64,000 nucleotides of DNA from a bacterium (GCA_963662285.2 CAXXMV010000002.1:608001-672000), one strand, 5' to 3'. Positions 12,201 to 23,437 are shown, counted from the first letter of the stretch. Numbers and translations: made by a program. The notes: generated from the sequence alone by a model not told the origin.

Positions 12201-13133
12201 ATGCAAAAAAAGATTACGGTTGTTGGAGCTGGCAATGTAGGCGCATCCTGCGCTTTATATTTGGCTCAACAGGAATTAGGTGATGTTGTGCTGGTGGATA
12301 TTATTGAAGGCGTTCCTCAAGGTAAAGCCTTGGATATCCTTCAATCGGGCGCAGTTCTCGGATTTGACGGAAATGTTACGGGAACCAATGATTATGCGGA
12401 TACGGCGGGATCAGACATTGTGATCATTACTGCCGGTCTGGCGAGAAAACCGGGAATGGATCGGCTTGATTTGCTTAAAAAAAATGCCGATATCATTAGC
12501 GGGATAGTTGAAAATATCAAAAATACTTCCCCGGATAGTATTATCATAATGGTGACTAATCCCATCGATGTGATGGTCTATCTAGCCTATAAAAAATCTG
12601 GATTCCCCAGCCAAAGGGTATTTGGTCAGGCCGGGATTCTGGATTCAGCGCGTTATGCGACATTTATTGCTATGGAGTTAGGCGTCTCTGTCAAAGAAGT
12701 TCGCGCCATGATACTGGGTGGACACGGTGACTCAATGGTGCCGTTGCCGGCATTTAGTACGGTTTCGGGCATCCCTATCACAGAGTTGATCTCGCCTGAC
12801 CGCATCAAAGCTATCGGCGACCGCGCCCGCACGGGAGGCGGAGAAATCGTTAAACTGCTGGGTACCGGCAGCGCTTATTATGCGCCGGGCGCAGCAACAG
12901 TCAAAATGGTTGAATCCATTGTAAACGATTCTAACCATGTATTGCCTTGCTCGGTCTTTACCCAGGGAGAATATGGCGTATCGGATATATATCTCGGTCT
13001 TCCCGCTAAACTTGGTAAAGATGGCGTCACTGGTATTCTGGAAGTTAACCTGGATGCAGTTGATAAACAGGCTTTGATGAATTCTGCCGAAATTTATAAG
13101 AAAAGTATTGCTGATCTAAGCGAATACTTCTAG
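12201..13133 (+). CDS. mdh: Malate dehydrogenase (LDH-like)
   Basis: GAGNVG, ARKPGMDR, LGGHGD and SAYYAP; follows icd. Confidence 0.95.
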   Translation: MQKKITVVGAGNVGASCALYLAQQELGDVVLVDIIEGVPQGKALDILQSGAVLGFDGNVTGTNDYADTAGSDIVIITAGLARKPGMDRLDLLKKNADIISGIVENIKNTSPDSIIIMVTNPIDVMVYLAYKKSGFPSQRVFGQAGILDSARYATFIAMELGVSVKEVRAMILGGHGDSMVPLPAFSTVSGIPITELISPDRIKAIGDRARTGGGEIVKLLGTGSAYYAPGAATVKMVESIVNDSNHVLPCSVFTQGEYGVSDIYLGLPAKLGKDGVTGILEVNLDAVDKQALMNSAEIYKKSIADLSEYF

Positions 13134-13165
13134 GAGTTGGATGCTGCGCTTATTGATTAAAAGCC

Positions 13166-13204
13166 AAAAAATGCGCTCGGTATTGCGCCGGGCGCATTTT
13201 TTTT
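13166..13204 (+). terminator. Intrinsic, possibly bidirectional terminator after mdh
   Basis: AAAAAATGCGCTCGG...CCGGGCGCATTTTTTTT. Confidence 0.8.
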
Positions 13205-13414
13205 AATCCGAAAATGGTTTTCAATCGTTATTGCGGATATAATGTATTTTTGCCATGCATTTAATGTTGTATTCGAAAAATCATCTCCAATCGAACCTAT
13301 TAATGGACAATGTGAATGTGATTTTTTTTTGTAACACATAACTAACAAATTAAAATGTGAGACCGTATAATTCAAGATATCGTAAATGAAAATAATTAGA
13401 TTGCAGGTATTGTA

Positions 13415-14065
13415 ATGATAATAAAATTTTTAGGTCATTCGTGTTTTTTGCTAAAATCAGATAGTGGATTATCCATCATGACTGATCCATATAAATCTGG
13501 CGCTTATGGCGGCGCTTTAACCTATGCCCCGATTAGGGATATCTGCGATATTGTTACGCTAAGCCATGATCATGAGGATCATGCAGAGTTAGATAGTCTG
13601 CCCAATCAGCCCTTGGTGATCCGGGCTGATTGCCGGGCGCGGGGAATTGATTTTGATATTATCGATTCATTCCATGATGATGTGCAGGGTAAAGAACGTG
13701 GCGCCAACCGTTTGATCTTGTTCTCTCTGGATGATATTCGCGTCTGCCATTTAGGTGATTTGGGTCATGTACTCTCTGACGAGCAGATAAAAGAAGCTGG
13801 TGAAATTGATATTTTGCTGATCCCTGTTGGCGGGCGTTTCACGATTGACCCAGATGAAGCGACCAGCGTTGTCGAGCAATTGCAGCCCAAAATAACAATT
13901 CCCATGCATTTTAAAACCGACAAATGCGGTTTTCCTATAGAGAATGTGGATATTTTCCTGGAAGGCAAGGCGAACGTAAAGCGTTCTCCGACTAGTGAAG
14001 TGGTCTTGAAGAAAGAAGACCTTCCAAAAGAAAAAACATTTCTGCACATACCTCCCAGCAACTAA
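13415..14065 (+). CDS. MBL-fold metallo-hydrolase (UPF0173/Lactamase_B_3-like)
   Basis: GHSCF, TDPY, SHDHEDH, HLGD and IPMH motifs. Confidence 0.85.
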   Translation: MIIKFLGHSCFLLKSDSGLSIMTDPYKSGAYGGALTYAPIRDICDIVTLSHDHEDHAELDSLPNQPLVIRADCRARGIDFDIIDSFHDDVQGKERGANRLILFSLDDIRVCHLGDLGHVLSDEQIKEAGEIDILLIPVGGRFTIDPDEATSVVEQLQPKITIPMHFKTDKCGFPIENVDIFLEGKANVKRSPTSEVVLKKEDLPKEKTFLHIPPSN

Positions 14066-14196
14066 ATCAGTGGGGATTGTTTTTTCAGGCGCTGCATCTA
14101 TGCAAATTCTAGTGATATGAAAATGCCTTTTATAAGGCGCTATACGGATACTGTCTGGACTCGATTTCCGATTATTTATTTGTGAAAGGCTTATAA

Positions 14197-14541
<345 letters not shown>

Positions 14542-14643
14542 GAGTAAAATATTTTATATATTTCCGATAGGGGCTGTAATGGCCTATTTTTTATCAAATA
14601 TTTTCAATAGAGGAAAATCTTTTCGAATTAATCTCTCTTAGCT

Positions 14644-15525
14644 TCACGGCGTTCCGCGTAAGTTGAATTTGTAGCGCAGCACTTGTGAAAAAGTTCGGTC
14701 GGGAATGGAGATAGTTGGAAAGGTCTGCTTTGTTCGTCTGATAGTAACCTTATCAGTGGGTTGCAGATCGGCGTGAATCTGACCGTCTAAAATCATAACC
14801 AGTTTATGGGCTTCATCATCGAACCAGATATGCAACTCTTTTTCTCCTCCAAATACCAGTGGGCGGTTGAATAGGGAATGAGGTGAGATAGGAGTCACAA
14901 TTAAGGCGGCCAGATGTGGTTCTAGAATAGGTCCCCCGGCAGAAAGCGAATGTCCGGTTGATCCGGTCGGGGTAGATAGAATAAGCCCGTCGGCTTTATA
15001 GGCCAGCGCTGAATTCCTGTTTTCACCCACCCAGAGTTCCAGCAAACGTCCCGGTTCTGATCGGGTAATAAGCGCTTCGTTCAGCGCTAGCGATTTGAAT
15101 ATCTCTTGATCTCCAGAGTCGCTAGTGTGAATAATTCGTGCTTCTAACATATAGCGATGTTGAATTTCCCATTGTGATTTAATCAAGTACTGCAATGCGG
15201 TTTCCAACTCGGTTTCTGCGCAGGATGTAAGGAAGCCGAATCCCCCCAGATTTATTCCAAGTAAAGGTCGCGGCGATTGAGCAAGTTGCCGCACTACGCC
15301 CAGAATGGTTCCATCTCCACCAAGGACTACTACTGCCTGGCATGATTGAGCCCACATATTTAGCGTGTCTTCGTCGGTTTGCTCATGCTGATAAGCGTGA
15401 ATCTCGGTGTGGATATGGGCGTCATTCAAAATCTGAGCGGATAAATTGGCCGATGAGAGTGCATCGGTTTTATTGGGATTATAGATTATCAGTATATTCG
15501 TCAATGGAGCATTATTTGTTTCCAT
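14644..15525 (-). CDS. nadK: NAD(+) kinase
   Basis: LGGDGT, ALNE and DGLILSTPTGSTGHSLSAGGP. Confidence 0.95.
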   Translation of the reverse strand: METNNAPLTNILIIYNPNKTDALSSANLSAQILNDAHIHTEIHAYQHEQTDEDTLNMWAQSCQAVVVLGGDGTILGVVRQLAQSPRPLLGINLGGFGFLTSCAETELETALQYLIKSQWEIQHRYMLEARIIHTSDSGDQEIFKSLALNEALITRSEPGRLLELWVGENRNSALAYKADGLILSTPTGSTGHSLSAGGPILEPHLAALIVTPISPHSLFNRPLVFGGEKELHIWFDDEAHKLVMILDGQIHADLQPTDKVTIRRTKQTFPTISIPDRTFSQVLRYKFNLRGTP

Positions 15526-16336
15526 CGTTTTGTCCTACATTGTTGTTATGCGCTTCAGACGCAATGGCTTGAATATCTTCCATAGTAACGCAAACACTAA
15601 TCGGATTTGGCGTTACATGCAGCAAGAATTCGATATTACCTGACTTTCCTGTGATGGGCGAGGGGATGGCTCCGGCTACTGACCACTTTTCTTTTTGGAA
15701 GAAATCCAGAAATTGTTGCAACACTTCGATATGATCTCCTGATTTGCGAACAATGCCTTTTTTTCCGACGCGCCCTTTACCAATTTCGAACTGGGGTTTT
15801 ATCAGGAGAAGCGCAAATCCGTTCTCTTTTAGAATTCTCTTGATTGCCGGGAAAACAGTCCTGATGCTTATAAAAGATAGATCGGCCACAATGATATCAA
15901 CGGTTTCGCCAAGGTCCTGCGCGGTGAGATGGCGGCAGTTGGTTTTATCCATAACAATAACGCGTTTATCTATTTGCAGCGAGTATGCCAGTTGACCGTG
16001 TCCCACGTCTATGGCGTATACTTTTTGGATTCCATTTTGCAACAGGCAATCGGTGAATCCTCCGGTGGATGCGCCAAGATCGGCGGCAATCAGTCCGGAC
16101 GGGTCAATGGCGAACTGCTTAAGCGCCGCTTCCAGTTTCAAGCCGCCCCGGCCAACAAAGGGGCATTTGGGAGTTATGATGCGAATAGGATATTCATCAG
16201 ATACTTTAATCCCCGGTTTATCCACAACCTCTTCGCGAATAAGCACCTTGCCCGCCCTTATTAATCGCTGGGCTTCGCTTCTGTTGTCTACCAGGTTTTT
16301 ATCGATTAACAGCTGATCCAGGCGCGTCTTTTTCAT
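15512..16336 (-). CDS. tlyA: TlyA-family rRNA 2'-O-methyltransferase
   Basis: S4 domain RLD, GGLKL, DLGASTGGFTDCLLQ, DLSFIS and KPQFE; conserved tlyA-nadK linkage. Confidence 0.93.
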   Translation of the reverse strand: MKKTRLDQLLIDKNLVDNRSEAQRLIRAGKVLIREEVVDKPGIKVSDEYPIRIITPKCPFVGRGGLKLEAALKQFAIDPSGLIAADLGASTGGFTDCLLQNGIQKVYAIDVGHGQLAYSLQIDKRVIVMDKTNCRHLTAQDLGETVDIIVADLSFISIRTVFPAIKRILKENGFALLLIKPQFEIGKGRVGKKGIVRKSGDHIEVLQQFLDFFQKEKWSVAGAIPSPITGKSGNIEFLLHVTPNPISVCVTMEDIQAIASEAHNNNVGQNDGNK

Positions 16337-16386
16337 AAGCAGTTCTATTTTTAGCCAAGGTTTGTTTAGAGCGATTCACGAAAATA

Positions 16387-17337
16387 TTATACATCGCCCG
16401 ATTGATAAATGGGGGCGCCGCAGGCGGCCGCTTTTGCTCCATAATACTGTCCCCATGCAGAGGACCAGGAGTGTAATGGAATTGAATAAACTGACTTGAA
16501 CCAATCCAAAGACCATTCTGGATTTCGAGCCAGATATGATAAATCTTGACAGGTGGAAAGTGTAAATCCACGCAATGCTTGACGCCGTGATGGAACAGTT
16601 CGCAGCCCGAAAAGTTGGAAAAGTCGATAATGGTCTACGAACGTACGTTTATAGGTGTATTGCGGTGAGCGTTGGTGAGAATGTCGTACAACGGCTTGTG
16701 GTTCGTATATCACTTTGAATCCATTACAAAGAGCGCGATAAGCCCACTCGACGTCTTCTCCGAATGGAGCGTGGGGGAAGGGGATTTTCTCCCATGTTTC
16801 TTTACGGATAATACTGGCCACATTATCAAACACGCAAGTTAAATAACGATCCATAGGTGAACTGGAGAAGAAAACGTTTGGCGAATCAATTTGCATGGTA
16901 CGAGGTTGATCAGAACCTGCTGACCATCTCTGGACATCTCGTTTAACCAGCGGCGTTGCCTCATCCCTGGGTATTTGACGAGCAAAGCCGCCTGCTGCCT
17001 GCTCATGTTCCAACGATTCAACCATAGTTAAAAGGAAATTATCACCTACTGGAAATGCATCCTGGGTAAAGAGGCAGACTAGTTCGCCGCTGCATTCTTC
17101 AATGCCTAAATTTCGGGTTGATCCATGGTTGAATTCACTTTGTGATATACTGATGACGCGTGCATCAAAACTCTCCGCGCATTCTACTGTTCCATCAGTT
17201 GATGAAGAATCTATTACAATTATTTCTGCATTTGCATAGTGATATTGTTTACGCAATTGGTATAGAAGATGACGAAGGTCTATGCCTGCGTTGTAAGTTG
17301 GGATTACAATGCTAAGAAAATTCCTGTGTTTTATCAT
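16387..17337 (-). CDS. Glycosyltransferase family 2 (rhamnosyltransferase-like)
   Basis: SIVIPTYNA, IDSSSTDGT, FNHGSTRN, TQDA and GED motifs. Confidence 0.88.
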   Translation of the reverse strand: MIKHRNFLSIVIPTYNAGIDLRHLLYQLRKQYHYANAEIIVIDSSSTDGTVECAESFDARVISISQSEFNHGSTRNLGIEECSGELVCLFTQDAFPVGDNFLLTMVESLEHEQAAGGFARQIPRDEATPLVKRDVQRWSAGSDQPRTMQIDSPNVFFSSSPMDRYLTCVFDNVASIIRKETWEKIPFPHAPFGEDVEWAYRALCNGFKVIYEPQAVVRHSHQRSPQYTYKRTFVDHYRLFQLFGLRTVPSRRQALRGFTLSTCQDLSYLARNPEWSLDWFKSVYSIPLHSWSSAWGQYYGAKAAACGAPIYQSGDV

Positions 17338-17835
17338 TTTGAGAATCAAATTGTATACAAATTATGATTATTTATATGTTGATCCTTTAATAATATTGAA
17401 AAAAATCTATTTCTATTTTTAATTGTAATATTGTTTTCTTGTTGCTTATTATGACAACCTATATTGACGTTATGGTGAAAAAAGTACATCATTGCTTCGT
17501 GCGGTTGTAAAGGTATTATACATTATTTTATGGAAAAATAACAGGCTGGTAATTTTTTAAGTATAATACCTTAAAAAAACAATCCCAAAATTATATGATT
17601 CAATGTTTTAATATTGTATTATTATTATGGCGAATAATGTAATTAATTATAGTAATACTGTTCTGTCTTTTAGATCATGTTGTTTCGTGGTTGAGTTTAT
17701 TTATCTTCAAGCAGATAATAAATAGAAAAAAATGTTAAATTGTCATGATTGTTGCTTAAATCTTATTATTATTCTGTGCAAATTACTGCAAAGCGATAAA
17801 AACTATATTCTTGATTGAGGACTGGATATTAAATC

Positions 17836-19239
17836 ATGAAAAACAAGTCGAAAGATAGCGGAAATCTAAAAGGGGTCAGTGTAGCTGTATTAACCTCAAA
17901 AGGGAAATCTGAAAAGGCTTGGCTGGATGGTCTTATTGATGTGGGTTGTAAAGTACAGCAAACCGATGATCTCGAAAAGTTGATCAAGGCTGTATCCAAG
18001 GCGCCCGCGAAAGCCTTGATTCTGGGAACATCTTACTGTGGGGAACTCCAAGAACAATTGGAAACTAATCCAGAGGCTTTAGAAAATCTGGGCAGAGAGA
18101 TTATCGTTCTGGCCGCGCCCGGGAAAACTACTGAAGCCGCTGAATGGGCGAGAACTTTCTCCGGGTATTTCCTTTCGGGAACCGTAAGCCCCGAAGAAAT
18201 GACCGTGCTTTTAGAGAGAGTGCTTGAATCTAATCTCTTGAAATCGCGTCTGGCTCGTTATGAATCCAAAGAAGCTTCTGTTGAGCGCTTTGGCCCTGTA
18301 GTAGTAAAATCTCCTGAGATGAAAGACGTCATTCGGCTTGCGAGAATTCTGGCCACGCGTAGCGACTCGATCTTATTTGTTGGCGGCATTGGAACTGGAA
18401 AAGAACTTGTCGCCCGTACGGTGCACGAGAATAGTTCTCGCCGTCATGGACCGTTTTATTCAATCAACTGCCGTTCCTTTTCCAGTGAAGATTTGGCTGT
18501 TGAACTCTTTGGCCGTGGAGAACCTGATTCTCCTGAAGCGGCTGAAGGTAAGACTTTGATAGAATTGAGTGATGGTGGTACCTTGCTCTTGGACGAGATC
18601 GGCGTTATCTCTCCCAATGTCCAAGGCAAATTGCAGCGCTTTTTGGAAGATGGATCATATACGCGGGTTAATTCGCGTACTGTATGCAAGGCTGAAGTTC
18701 GCATATTCGCCTCGACCAGCGCATTGCTTGATGAGTCGGTTGCCACTGGCGAATTTTCTGAAGATTTGTATTTCCGTTTGAACCGCTTTACTTTGCATCT
18801 CCCGCCATTGCGTCGTCGTGTTGAGGATATTCCTGTATTGACCAAAGTAGTTCTCAACCAAATGGCGAGCGACAAGGGTGGAGAATCACTCCAGGTTACC
18901 GAAGATACATTGAAAATGCTGATGGAATATCATTGGCCGGGCAATGTTCGTGAACTTGAGAATGTTCTGGAGTTTGCTTCTCTGGTTGCGGGCAAAGGCC
19001 CCATCGAACCCAAACATCTTCCCAAGCAGTTTCACGACGAAGTGGGAAGCATCTTCGTGGGCGCATCAGTAGAAGATTTGCCCGCTATCAGCGAGATTGA
19101 ACGGCGCTATATCCTACGCGTCATGGAAGCGACCAGAGGAAACAAGGTTCGCGCCGCGCAGATATTGGATATCAACCGTGCAACCCTGCACCGCAAACTG
19201 CAAATGTACCAAAAACAAAAAGTAGTCGATCTGGCATAA
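17836..19239 (+). CDS. NtrC-family AAA+ transcriptional regulator with Fis-type HTH (atypical: no GAFTGA, pseudo-receiver)
   Basis: GTGKE, GGTLLLDEI, WPGNVRELEN and GNKVRAAQILDINRATLHRKL. Confidence 0.88.
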   Translation: MKNKSKDSGNLKGVSVAVLTSKGKSEKAWLDGLIDVGCKVQQTDDLEKLIKAVSKAPAKALILGTSYCGELQEQLETNPEALENLGREIIVLAAPGKTTEAAEWARTFSGYFLSGTVSPEEMTVLLERVLESNLLKSRLARYESKEASVERFGPVVVKSPEMKDVIRLARILATRSDSILFVGGIGTGKELVARTVHENSSRRHGPFYSINCRSFSSEDLAVELFGRGEPDSPEAAEGKTLIELSDGGTLLLDEIGVISPNVQGKLQRFLEDGSYTRVNSRTVCKAEVRIFASTSALLDESVATGEFSEDLYFRLNRFTLHLPPLRRRVEDIPVLTKVVLNQMASDKGGESLQVTEDTLKMLMEYHWPGNVRELENVLEFASLVAGKGPIEPKHLPKQFHDEVGSIFVGASVEDLPAISEIERRYILRVMEATRGNKVRAAQILDINRATLHRKLQMYQKQKVVDLA

Positions 19240-19272
19240 ATCTGATTGTTATATATATAAGTATTGAATAAT

Positions 19273-19304
19273 AAAGCCCGTTCCGCTGATGGAACGGGCT
19301 TTTT
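19273..19304 (+). terminator. Intrinsic terminator
   Basis: AAAGCCCGTTCC-gctgat-GGAACGGGCTTTTT. Confidence 0.85.
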
Positions 19305-19380
19305 CCTATAATAAATCCGTATATACTTTTGAAAACTGCTGGTATTTTTTTTATTTCACAAATTATGTCGGGCGACTAAG

Positions 19381-19414
19381 TCCCCTCTCCCCACGGAGAG
19401 GTTGGGTGAGGGGG
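19381..19414. repeat. REP-like element of the CCCCTCTCCC...GGAGAGG...GGGTGAGGG type
   Basis: TCCCCTCTCCCCACGGAGAGGTTGGGTGAGGGGG resembles a widespread palindromic intergenic repeat; single copy in this window. Confidence 0.5.
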
Positions 19415-19424
19415 AATTGCGAAC

Positions 19425-21251
19425 ATGAAAATCCTACTTGTCAATCATACTTTTCCCCCGGAATCTTTAGCCGGTTCAGAAATCTGCGTCTTAAATACCG
19501 CCAAAGAACTGCAAAAACGCGGCCATGAGGTTGTGGTATTCTTCCGGGTGCATGATCCTTCTACTGAGGAATATGTTGTACGCCAAGCAGAATATGAAAA
19601 CATTCCTCTTTATACAATCAATCATACCTATCGTTTTGCTCAGACATTTCAGGATATATATTGCAACTCTGCCATTGCCGCCCGTTTCTCTTATCTATTG
19701 CATCAAATAAAACCTGATATTGTTCATTTTCATCATTTAACCAATTTATCCCTGTCACTAGTGGAAGAAGTACGGAATTATGGCGCCGCCGCAGTGATGA
19801 CGCTGCATGATTATTGGCTGCTTTGTCAGCGGGGGCAGATGTTAAAAAGAGACTTACGTCTCTGCCCTGGTCCATCTAAAGATAGATGCCGTACTTGTCT
19901 TGCCCCCCAGCTGCTGCGTGGGCGCACCCAACGCCTGGCATCGAAACTCTTATCTAACCCAAAATCACCCAAGAGCAGTGCAGATTTAATTGATTTATTG
20001 CATATACGCAAGGCGAAAATAGACGCGCCGGATAGGCGGTTTGTTTGTTTAACCTGCTTTAACATGGATGATCTGCCCAAAGAGACTTTGCAAGCGCATC
20101 CCCCAGCGGCAATCTCTTATGCCATTCGTATCGAGAGCGCAGCAACATTAGAAACCTCGATTGGCATGCATCCATCGACCTATGACCAAACAGGCCAGGG
20201 AGTGCGATTTGAGATTGAGCGTAACGGTCAGCAATTATTCGAGCATACTCTTAATCCTAAACTAAATCCGGCTGATCATGGTTGGCATAAGATTAGTCTT
20301 GAGTTGAGTCCATCTGAGGCGAAGGAGGATCGGTTGATCCTGCGGACTGTTCCGGAATCTACTGTGGATAATAAATTCTGCACAGCTGGATGGAATAAGC
20401 CGGTAATCCATTTAAAGAGCAAAACAACGGAAAAGGAATTGGCTTATCCGGTTAGAAATAAAGAAATTCAATCCCTGATTTTTAAGGGAGCGGAAATTAT
20501 CACTGATGTAGTGGCGGCGTTTTCTGAAAGGGCGTCAGAAGGGCTTCAACATCGAAGCAATTGGGTGCGCCGGGTGTGGGATGATATGGACATGTTCATT
20601 TCACCTTCACGTTTTTTGCGACATTTCTTCATAGATCATGGCTTGCCGGAGGAGAAGATTGAATTTTTGGATAATGGTTTCACTCCGATAGAACCAATTA
20701 TTAAAAAGCCTGTAGAACGGCCTGTTCGTTTTGGTTATATTGGAACGTGGATACCATCCAAAGGAGTGGATCTGGTATTACAGGCTTTTCGTAATGTTGA
20801 TCCAAAGGACGCCCGGTTGGAGGTTCACGGATTCTTCCCTGGATATGACGGCTATGAAGATTACGAGCAATATCTGCAATCGCTCAGCAGTCCGGCGGTT
20901 GAATGGAAGGGGCGCTATAAGCCCCATAAGGTTTATGATTTGTTAGCAGAATTGGATTGCTTGATAATGGCTTCAATATGGTTGGAGAATTCACCATTGA
21001 CCATTCATGAAGCGTTTCAAGCCAAGGTACCCCTTTTGACGGCGGATGTTGGGGGAATGGCGGAATTAGTGCGGCATGGCGGCGGCATGACGTTCCATCA
21101 TCGGGATGCAGAGAGCCTGGCGCATCAGGTGAAACGTATTGCAAGCAATCCGGCTTTATTAGACGACTTGCGCAACAGCATTCCAGGCGTACAATCGGTT
21201 AAAGAACATGTAGATCGTCTGCTGGAAATATATGCAAACCAAGTTAAATGA
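19425..21251 (+). CDS. Glycosyltransferase family 4 with an internal inserted domain
   Basis: MKILLVNHTFPP..AGSE, TLHDYW, KGVD and ENSPLTIHEA GT-B motifs. Confidence 0.88.
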   Translation: MKILLVNHTFPPESLAGSEICVLNTAKELQKRGHEVVVFFRVHDPSTEEYVVRQAEYENIPLYTINHTYRFAQTFQDIYCNSAIAARFSYLLHQIKPDIVHFHHLTNLSLSLVEEVRNYGAAAVMTLHDYWLLCQRGQMLKRDLRLCPGPSKDRCRTCLAPQLLRGRTQRLASKLLSNPKSPKSSADLIDLLHIRKAKIDAPDRRFVCLTCFNMDDLPKETLQAHPPAAISYAIRIESAATLETSIGMHPSTYDQTGQGVRFEIERNGQQLFEHTLNPKLNPADHGWHKISLELSPSEAKEDRLILRTVPESTVDNKFCTAGWNKPVIHLKSKTTEKELAYPVRNKEIQSLIFKGAEIITDVVAAFSERASEGLQHRSNWVRRVWDDMDMFISPSRFLRHFFIDHGLPEEKIEFLDNGFTPIEPIIKKPVERPVRFGYIGTWIPSKGVDLVLQAFRNVDPKDARLEVHGFFPGYDGYEDYEQYLQSLSSPAVEWKGRYKPHKVYDLLAELDCLIMASIWLENSPLTIHEAFQAKVPLLTADVGGMAELVRHGGGMTFHHRDAESLAHQVKRIASNPALLDDLRNSIPGVQSVKEHVDRLLEIYANQVK

Positions 21252-21406
21252 CGAAATGGTAAAAAGTCAAAAACTGTTTTTATGACAACAATACTTAGTG
21301 GATATTTATAAGACTTATATACAAGATACTGTGTGAGTTTCGTCTTTCATCCACTTTTGCCGACTCATCAGTTAAATATAAAACCAAAGAAACGAGCGTC
21401 TTCGAG

Positions 21407-22174
21407 ATGGAAGATACTGTATACAACGCGTTCGCAGAAATATATGACGAAGTTATGCGCGATGTGGATTATGCCAGTTGGGCGCGCCACCTTGTCCGTC
21501 TTATCAAAAAATTTGATATTAATGTTGATAAGATATTAGACTTGGCCTGTGGTACGGGAGGCCATGCGCTGCAACTCTCTCGAATGGGATATAATCTAAC
21601 CGGCTTGGATCGCTCTACAACCATGTTGCGCATTGCCAGGGAAAAGCAGGTCAACGCTAAAGTTGAAGTGGATTGGCGTGAAGGCGATATGGATTCTTTC
21701 TCATCGATTGGATTAGATACTAATTTCGACCTGATTACATGTCTTTATGACAGCCTGAATTATATTTTGGAAGAGGAGGGCATCGAGCGTTGTTTTCAGG
21801 AAGTATATGCGCATCTGCGTCCCGGGGGTGCGTTTATATTCGATGTGACGACTGAATATAACCTGCTGCAAAATTTCTCCGGCTACACTTTCGCGGAAAA
21901 TTTTGAGAATGCCTCATATATATGGGAAAATGATTACGACATCGTCAGTAAAATTTGCTCGTCTAGAGTAACTGTTTTTTATCACAACAATGGATGCTAT
22001 GAAAAACATGTAGAAGTACACAGACAAAAAGTCTATCCCACGACTCTTCTGAAGAAACTCTTGCAGCGTAAGGGATTCACGGTGGAAGGCGTTTACCATA
22101 ATCTCACAGAAAAACCAGTTAAGCAGGAATGCGAGCGCATTCATTTCGTCTGCCTTAAACCAAACTCCAAATAA
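21407..22174 (+). CDS. Class I SAM-dependent methyltransferase
   Basis: ILDLACGTG, GLDRS, DSLNY and LRPGGAFIFD. Confidence 0.9.
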   Translation: MEDTVYNAFAEIYDEVMRDVDYASWARHLVRLIKKFDINVDKILDLACGTGGHALQLSRMGYNLTGLDRSTTMLRIAREKQVNAKVEVDWREGDMDSFSSIGLDTNFDLITCLYDSLNYILEEEGIERCFQEVYAHLRPGGAFIFDVTTEYNLLQNFSGYTFAENFENASYIWENDYDIVSKICSSRVTVFYHNNGCYEKHVEVHRQKVYPTTLLKKLLQRKGFTVEGVYHNLTEKPVKQECERIHFVCLKPNSK

Positions 22175-22366
22175 GCCTAAAAACTTGTTGTTATACCTAT
22201 CCGAAAGTTAGTTACAAACCATATATCTCCGATTACTTAGTATATGCGAATTGTTCAAACGGGACATAATCGACATCTATCATGATTTATTGGATAAATG
22301 GCTTATTATATAATAGGCATGATTAGTTAGTTATGTATATTAAAATTGTACATGAGGAGATATAAA

Positions 22367-23086
22367 ATGATGCATAAAAATATTCTAGTAATATCAATAA
22401 GCATTTGCTCTGTTTGTTGTTCTTTTGCATCTGATATTAGTAAAAAATGTTATAAATATAATGATTTGATTGTGAGTTCCAGTGTTATTTTAGAGGGTTC
22501 GATAACAGAAAACTATTTCAGAATGAAAGAAGATCATGATATCCGTGAGTTAGCATCAAAGGGTAAATTGGAAAGATTTGGTATTAAGCCTGCAATGATT
22601 GAGGAATTTAATAATTTTATTTCAAAAAAACCAAGATCATATTCTATTGAATACACTTTCCTGAATCATGGATCTAGTTATTTAAATACTTTTTTCTATG
22701 CACCTGTCAGAACATTTGCACTGAAAGAAACTTGTGATGAATCTATCATATATGAAAATGTTAAATTCTCGTATTATCATTCAGATCGTTCTGTAAAAGT
22801 AGAAGATTTCGATAGCATAGATAAATATTATCGTTATAGTTTTAACCCAGTCGCTTTTGTTTATCCTCTTAGTATTGTTATTCCTGAGGAAGTGACGTTT
22901 TCTGACTTCAATGATGGGAAATCCATTATAGTGTGTAATCAAAGTTATATGAATAAAGACATATCCATCTTTGTCGCAATCCCAGCCGGTGTGAGTCCCT
23001 TGTACATTACCATCAAGTACATCTTGAGTGTAGCTGATAATAACCGTATTTCTGGTACTGGTTGTTTGCGAACCGCTACTATTTAA
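22367..23086 (+). pseudogene. AT-rich secreted hypothetical protein, probably truncated near 22960 and running on into antisense sequence
   Basis: AGGAGA RBS and signal-like N-terminus; composition changes near 22960; overlaps the convergent ORF by about 300 bp. Confidence 0.5.
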
Positions 23087-23437
23087 GAACGTGCTGTTCT
23101 TGGCGGTGCAATCTCCACACTCCGGCGAAGCCGTTCCATACGAGTAAGCATACAAAGGTACAAATGGATCCCAACTGTCGCCAGAAGCAACTTGACCAAT
23201 GAGAATGTATTTAACCGTGTGAGGAGCCGAGTAGTAATCTAAAAATACGCTTTCATTATCTTCTGATTGAGCTACAATATAACCGACATGTTCCGCCCAC
23301 ATTACATACCTATCCGGCGTGTCGCAATCGGGCGGCGGTGGACAGGCGTTTATCGATGATACGCCAAAAGCAATAATTATGAAGAATGGAATTATTGCAA
23401 TAAGTGGTTTTCTTATGTCGATGTTATATAAACACAT
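22781..23437 (-). pseudogene. Secreted Cys-containing hypothetical protein, probably truncated near 22960
   Basis: AAGGAGA RBS, signal peptide then CPPPPDCD; the last ~60 aa are the antisense of the + strand gene. Confidence 0.5.
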
